From an uncultured Ignavibacteriales bacterium (GTDB lineage Bacteria; Bacteroidota; Ignavibacteria; Ignavibacteriales; Melioribacteraceae), in the NCBI GenBank assembly GCA_963710615.1, contig CAVQBF010000002.1:180221-244220 (forward strand): a stretch of DNA of 64,000 nt, read 5' to 3'. The notes beneath the pieces were generated by a model that was not told the origin of the DNA, searched no databases, and worked only from the letters and a program-made list of their open reading frames with translations. Below, piece by piece: positions 59,763 through 64,000 of this stretch. The first letter of the stretch is position 1; every line of letters begins with the position of its first letter. The position numbers were made by a program, and so were the translations under genes.

Positions 59763-60914
59763 TTAATTAATTAAGTTAAATGCTCCATTAACCAATATTT
59801 CATCACTAGCTCCAAAATCATCTGTATTTAATATTCTTGTATATCCATCAACGCTTTCACCTACTTTAATTTCTCTTTTTTCAAAAATATATTTTTCAGA
59901 ATCATTAGATCTTTTAACCAACACATAATAAGACTCATCAACATTTACCACAGCATTAGAGTGTAGAGCCTTATAAACCTTATCGTTTGTTAAAATTTGT
60001 GAATCAACATACATGCCTGGAAGAAAATTTGATTCTTGGCTCTCATCTAATAAATGACCATGAATATTTATAGAACGATCATTTTCGTTAATTGATTTTC
60101 CAACCACAAAAACTTCTGCTTCGTATACTTTTTCTCTAGAGTCAGGTAAAGAAAATCTTATTTTTTGGCCTACCTTTATATCAAGAATATCTTTTTCAAA
60201 TACATTTAGTTCTAGGTGTAAATGCTCTGTATTTACTATTGAAATAGCAACTTCACTCGGACTTAAATACTCACCTTTGGTAATGTTCACTTCAGTAATA
60301 TTTCCACTGATTGGTGCTTTAATTCTTATCTCAGCAGAGATTGAATTTTCATCAAGTTCGTTTGGATCAATATCAATCAGATAAAGTTCTTTTCTCAAGG
60401 CTTCATATTTTGTAAGCATTACATAATAATCTGATTCTGCTTTAAGATAATTTTTTTGAGACGAAATGTTCTCATTGGAAAGTGTTTTTTGTCTTTCGTA
60501 TTCAGCACTTAAATATTTCAATTCACTTTTTGCGACTAAATAATCTTTTTGCATTCTTATATATTCTGGACTTTGAAGAGTAAAAAGTAATCCACCTTTT
60601 TTTACTGTTTGTCCAACTAATAATAAAACATCTTTAACATTTCCTCCGTAATAAGCACTAACTGAAGCTTTATATTGTGGAGGAACATCAATCATCCCAG
60701 TTGCTGAGATATTCTTAGAGAACACTTGATCAGTAACTTTTCCTAACTCCATATTTGATGAATTAAATTGTTCTTGGGAAACAACTACGTTGTTACTCTC
60801 AGCACCTTCAATTTCTAAAGCTTCTGAGCTTTCTTTATCTTCACTACACGCGGTTATACTAATTGCGACTAATGCAATTGTTACAATAATTTTTATTATG
60901 GATTTCATTTTCAC
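59763..60914 (-). CDS. efflux RND transporter periplasmic adaptor subunit (CzcB/HlyD-like lipoprotein)
   Basis: 383-aa ORF with lipobox ISITAC, a coiled-coil hairpin region and beta-barrel segments typical of membrane fusion proteins. Confidence 0.85.
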   Translation of the reverse strand: MKMKSIIKIIVTIALVAISITACSEDKESSEALEIEGAESNNVVVSQEQFNSSNMELGKVTDQVFSKNISATGMIDVPPQYKASVSAYYGGNVKDVLLLVGQTVKKGGLLFTLQSPEYIRMQKDYLVAKSELKYLSAEYERQKTLSNENISSQKNYLKAESDYYVMLTKYEALRKELYLIDIDPNELDENSISAEIRIKAPISGNITEVNITKGEYLSPSEVAISIVNTEHLHLELNVFEKDILDIKVGQKIRFSLPDSREKVYEAEVFVVGKSINENDRSINIHGHLLDESQESNFLPGMYVDSQILTNDKVYKALHSNAVVNVDESYYVLVKRSNDSEKYIFEKREIKVGESVDGYTRILNTDDFGASDEILVNGAFNLIN

Positions 60915-60929
60915 ATCCCTAAATTTTAC

Positions 60930-63900
60930 TTAATTTATCAAATAATTTTTTGTAATTACAGAGTTGTTATACTTGTTGAGTGCCTCTAAATAATTCATTT
61001 CTATCTTAACAGCACGTTCTGTCAGTTGAATATATTCAAGAAAATCAATATCCCCATTTTGAAAAGTTTTATTTGAAGCATTCAATAATTCTTTAACAAG
61101 ATTTTTCCCTGAGCTTTCATAATATTGTATCTCTTTTTCGTACAATTCTAAATCTGACTGCAGAATATTGGATTTTGCTTTAAGTTTTGCTCTGTAGTCG
61201 TTGAAATTTTCAATTTGAATTTGTTCAGTTATTTGTGATGCTTCCATTTGTGCAACTTGAGGAAACACCCAAAGTGGCAGTGTTAAACCAATTTCAAATC
61301 CATTATACTTGTTGGGTGTTAATCCATTATTAAAGCTATGGAAAAAACCAAGATTTATATTTGGAAGAAGTTTTTGTGTTTCTAAACTTGCCTCGTATTC
61401 AGCAATTGAAATCATTTTTGAATGATATTTTATTCCAGGATTATTATTTATATCTGTTTGAGTTAAAGCGAGCTTTGGTAATTTTATGTTTGGCAAAACG
61501 TAGTCAGAATCAGTTTGAAGCAAGCTCATAAGAATTTCATAATTATTTTTAATCTTTTCTTCTGCATTTTGAAGTTGCAAATTAACTTCTTTCTGCTTTG
61601 CTTCAGCGGTAAGTAGTTCTATATAATTTGTTTCACCAAGCTCATATCGTCTCTTGGCAGCTGTGGCGAATCCAACAAAAAGTGAATCCAAATAGACATA
61701 TCGTTCTTTTACATTTTGCCAATAGACAGCAGAATAATAAACTTTTGAAACTTCTTGCTTCAAAAGGATTTCATTCATTTTATACTTTTCACTTTGTGCT
61801 TCCATTTGTGATCTGTTTGCACTATGCTGAGTAAAATATGTAGTTGGAAATCTAATGGATTGTCTAATACCCACGATATTAAGCTGTAAATTATTCTCCC
61901 CAAAATTGCTTTCATCAGAATTATAATATATTTCTGTATCCCCAAGATCAAACGTGGTATTCATTAGACTTTCAGATTTGTCAACAGAAAGGGAAGCTGC
62001 TTTTAATTCGGCATTATTCTTTAACGCTAGTGAAATTGCTTCATCAATACTTAATTCGATTTTATCATTTTGTGAATGTGTAATTACTGGTAAAACAAAA
62101 ATTAATAAAATAATGAACATTGTGATATTAGTTTTTGGTAGCTTGAAGTTAATTTTTCTGTCCAGCAGACTGTAAAGTACGGGTAGAACTATCATAGTAA
62201 GAAAAGTAGCAGTTATTAATCCACCGACAACAACAGTAGCTAGCGGTCTTTGCACTTCTGCACCTGCGGATGTAGAAACAGCCATTGGTAAAAATCCTAA
62301 CGCAGCAGCTCCAGCAGTTAATAGAACTGGTCTAAGTCTATTTTTTGTCCCCATAATTATTCTTTCACTTATATCCGTGATTCCTTCTTCCTTTAATTCC
62401 TTGAAGTGTTCAATTAAAACTATTCCATTTAAGACGGCAATACCGAAGAGTGCAATAAAACCAACACCCGCAGAAATACTAAAAGGCATTCCTCTTACAT
62501 AAAGCAATAGAACTCCACCAACTGCAGCAAAGGGAATAGCGCTATAAATTATTGCGGCATCTTTAAATGAACCAAATGCAAAATGAAGCATGACAAAGAT
62601 TAAAAATAGCGCAATTGGTACAGCTATTAGTAATCGAGACTTTGCATTTTCTAAGTTTTCAAATTGTCCACCATACGTAATTGTATAACCAACGGGAAGT
62701 TTAATCTTTTGGTCTATAATTTTTTGAACATCTTCCACCACAGAAGCTAAATCTCTGTTACGCACATTAACTCCCACAACAATACGTCTCCGTGTTTCAT
62801 CTCTGGAAATTTTTGCTGGTGAAGCTGTGTATGAAATTTCTGCAAATTCACTAAGGGGTAAAGAACCACCACTTGGAATAGCAATAGAAGCGTTTTTTAG
62901 ATCATCAATACTCGTTCTAAAGCGTTTATCAAAGCGAATAACTAAGTCAAATTGCTTCTCACCTTCAAAAACAGTCCCGGCCGTGAGTCCGGCAAATCCC
63001 ATTGTAATTAGTTGGTTGAGATCGTCAACATTCAAATTATATTTTGCAATTTTTTGTCGGTTATAAATAACACTCATTTGTGGAAGCCCATCAATTTTTT
63101 CCACAATTATATCAGCTGCTCCTTCAATATTGCTTATTGCCTTCTCAATCTCTTTTGCTTTATTATACAGTATCTCTAAATCTTCCCCAAATATTTTAAT
63201 TGCCAAATCTGCTCTAACACCTGTTATCAGTTCATTAAATCTCATTTCTATTGGCTGGGTAAATTCATAATCAATACCTGGGATTACCGACAAAGCTTCT
63301 TTAAATTTATCAGCAAGTTCATCCTTACTTTCTGCACTAACCCACTCACTAATGGGCTTTAGTGTAATTATGACATCACTTTCTTCCATAGACATTGGAT
63401 CAGTTGGAACTTCAGCTGCTCCAATTCTACTTACAACATCTTTCACTTCTGGAAATTGTTTAAGAATTTTTTCCATTCGAGTTGTTGTTTCAATCGTTTT
63501 GCCAAGAGAGGTTCCAGTTTTCAGAACTGGTTGAATCACAAAATCACCCTCATCAAGTGTTGGCACAAATTCTCCGCCCATTCTAATAAATATAATTGTT
63601 GTGAAGAGTAGAGAGGCAATAGCTAAAACCATTACGCTTGTTTTATGTTTTAATGCCCAGTTAATAGATGGTTTATACATGGTCATTAAAAAAGACATAA
63701 ATTTAGCAGAAATATTATTTTTGTTTTCTGTAGATGGTTTTAGAAACATTGATGAAATTACCGGAACATAAGTAAATCCTAAAATCATTGTCCCGATTAA
63801 AGCAAAGACAAATACTAAGGCCATTGGCGTAAACATTTTTCCTTCAATTCCTGATAAAGAAAGAATAGGAATAAATACTATTATTATAATTAGCTGACCA

Positions 63901-64000
63901 AAGACTGCTGAACGAGTCATTTGTGTTGTACTTTTATACACTATTTTTTCAATAAGCGATTTTTGATCGGCAGAAGCAAGTTCTGCTATTTTGTCTTTTT
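60930..64000 (-). CDS. CusA/CzcA-type heavy-metal RND pump (partial, runs off the window) continuing in frame into a TolC/CzcC-like outer membrane factor
   Basis: The frame is open to position 64000. The RND part has typical TM and periplasmic domains ending LPVLYSLLDRKINFKLPKTNIT. It is followed, with no stop, by MFIILLIFVLPVITHSQ (ATG at 62120) and ~396 aa of TolC-like coiled-coil/beta-barrel repeat sequence. Confidence 0.8.
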   Translation of the reverse strand, partial: KDKIAELASADQKSLIEKIVYKSTTQMTRSAVFGQLIIIIVFIPILSLSGIEGKMFTPMALVFVFALIGTMILGFTYVPVISSMFLKPSTENKNNISAKFMSFLMTMYKPSINWALKHKTSVMVLAIASLLFTTIIFIRMGGEFVPTLDEGDFVIQPVLKTGTSLGKTIETTTRMEKILKQFPEVKDVVSRIGAAEVPTDPMSMEESDVIITLKPISEWVSAESKDELADKFKEALSVIPGIDYEFTQPIEMRFNELITGVRADLAIKIFGEDLEILYNKAKEIEKAISNIEGAADIIVEKIDGLPQMSVIYNRQKIAKYNLNVDDLNQLITMGFAGLTAGTVFEGEKQFDLVIRFDKRFRTSIDDLKNASIAIPSGGSLPLSEFAEISYTASPAKISRDETRRRIVVGVNVRNRDLASVVEDVQKIIDQKIKLPVGYTITYGGQFENLENAKSRLLIAVPIALFLIFVMLHFAFGSFKDAAIIYSAIPFAAVGGVLLLYVRGMPFSISAGVGFIALFGIAVLNGIVLIEHFKELKEEGITDISERIIMGTKNRLRPVLLTAGAAALGFLPMAVSTSAGAEVQRPLATVVVGGLITATFLTMIVLPVLYSLLDRKINFKLPKTNITMFIILLIFVLPVITHSQNDKIELSIDEAISLALKNNAELKAASLSVDKSESLMNTTFDLGDTEIYYNSDESNFGENNLQLNIVGIRQSIRFPTTYFTQHSANRSQMEAQSEKYKMNEILLKQEVSKVYYSAVYWQNVKERYVYLDSLFVGFATAAKRRYELGETNYIELLTAEAKQKEVNLQLQNAEEKIKNNYEILMSLLQTDSDYVLPNIKLPKLALTQTDINNNPGIKYHSKMISIAEYEASLETQKLLPNINLGFFHSFNNGLTPNKYNGFEIGLTLPLWVFPQVAQMEASQITEQIQIENFNDYRAKLKAKSNILQSDLELYEKEIQYYESSGKNLVKELLNASNKTFQNGDIDFLEYIQLTERAVKIEMNYLEALNKYNNSVITKNYLIN

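Overview
A visibly AT-rich, densely coded stretch of bacterial chromosome with about 60 genes, mostly core metabolism and translation. Many starts are preceded by GGAG-type Shine-Dalgarno motifs. Left to right:

- 42-8189 (-): aspartate-family amino-acid supercluster thrA-asd-thrB-thrC, followed by a SAM-I riboswitch controlling metY-metX.
- 8498-16670 (+): complete 8-gene Bat-type operon (moxR, DUF58, membrane ORF, batA-E).
- 16937-19799 (+): methyltransferase, a stand-alone SWIB-domain protein, and small membrane and lipoproteins.
- 19849-24040 (-): rplM-rpsI, rpsB-tsf, pyrH-frr translation block with clear terminators.
- 24160-25972 (-): two secreted proteins of unknown function.
- 26254-31596 (+): deoxyhypusine-synthase-like gene, a frameshifted Xaa-Pro aminopeptidase, and a YdiJ-like FAD/Fe-S oxidoreductase.
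- 31589-37909 (-): sufBCDS operon extended by a DUF59/SufT protein, a CGC-type bacilliredoxin and an Rrf2 regulator. A perfect 28-bp palindrome lies in front of sufB.
- 38088-40727 (-): SpoU methyltransferase, hisS and ptsN.
- 40907-43532 (+): unassigned 565-aa Rossmann protein coupled to a divergent MurI-like racemase.
- 43574-55334: LOG, esterase, pepF, DUF4920/PepSY pair, ldcA, priA, a Yip1-like protein and tryptophanase.
- 56284-57663 (+): AMMECR1-Memo pair.
- 57934-59678 (+): cupin, an oxidase gene remnant and a nitrilase.
- 59763-64000 (-): heavy-metal-type RND efflux locus running off the right edge.

I recognise no rRNA, tRNA, CRISPR array, transposase, integrase or phage genes. I see no convincing defence-island-like novel system. 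The best candidates for new biology are the Rossmann/racemase pair, the bacilliredoxin plus Rrf2 extension of the suf operon with its palindromic operator, and the apparent RND pump-outer membrane factor fusion.

One cross-cutting caveat applies. At least seven single-nucleotide frame breaks occur at short mononucleotide runs inside conserved genes. This looks more like sequence or assembly error than biology and weakens any claim that depends on exact reading frames. The Bat operon, bacilliredoxin and gene content suggest an FCB-group (Ignavibacteria/Chlorobi-like) organism, but that is inference only.
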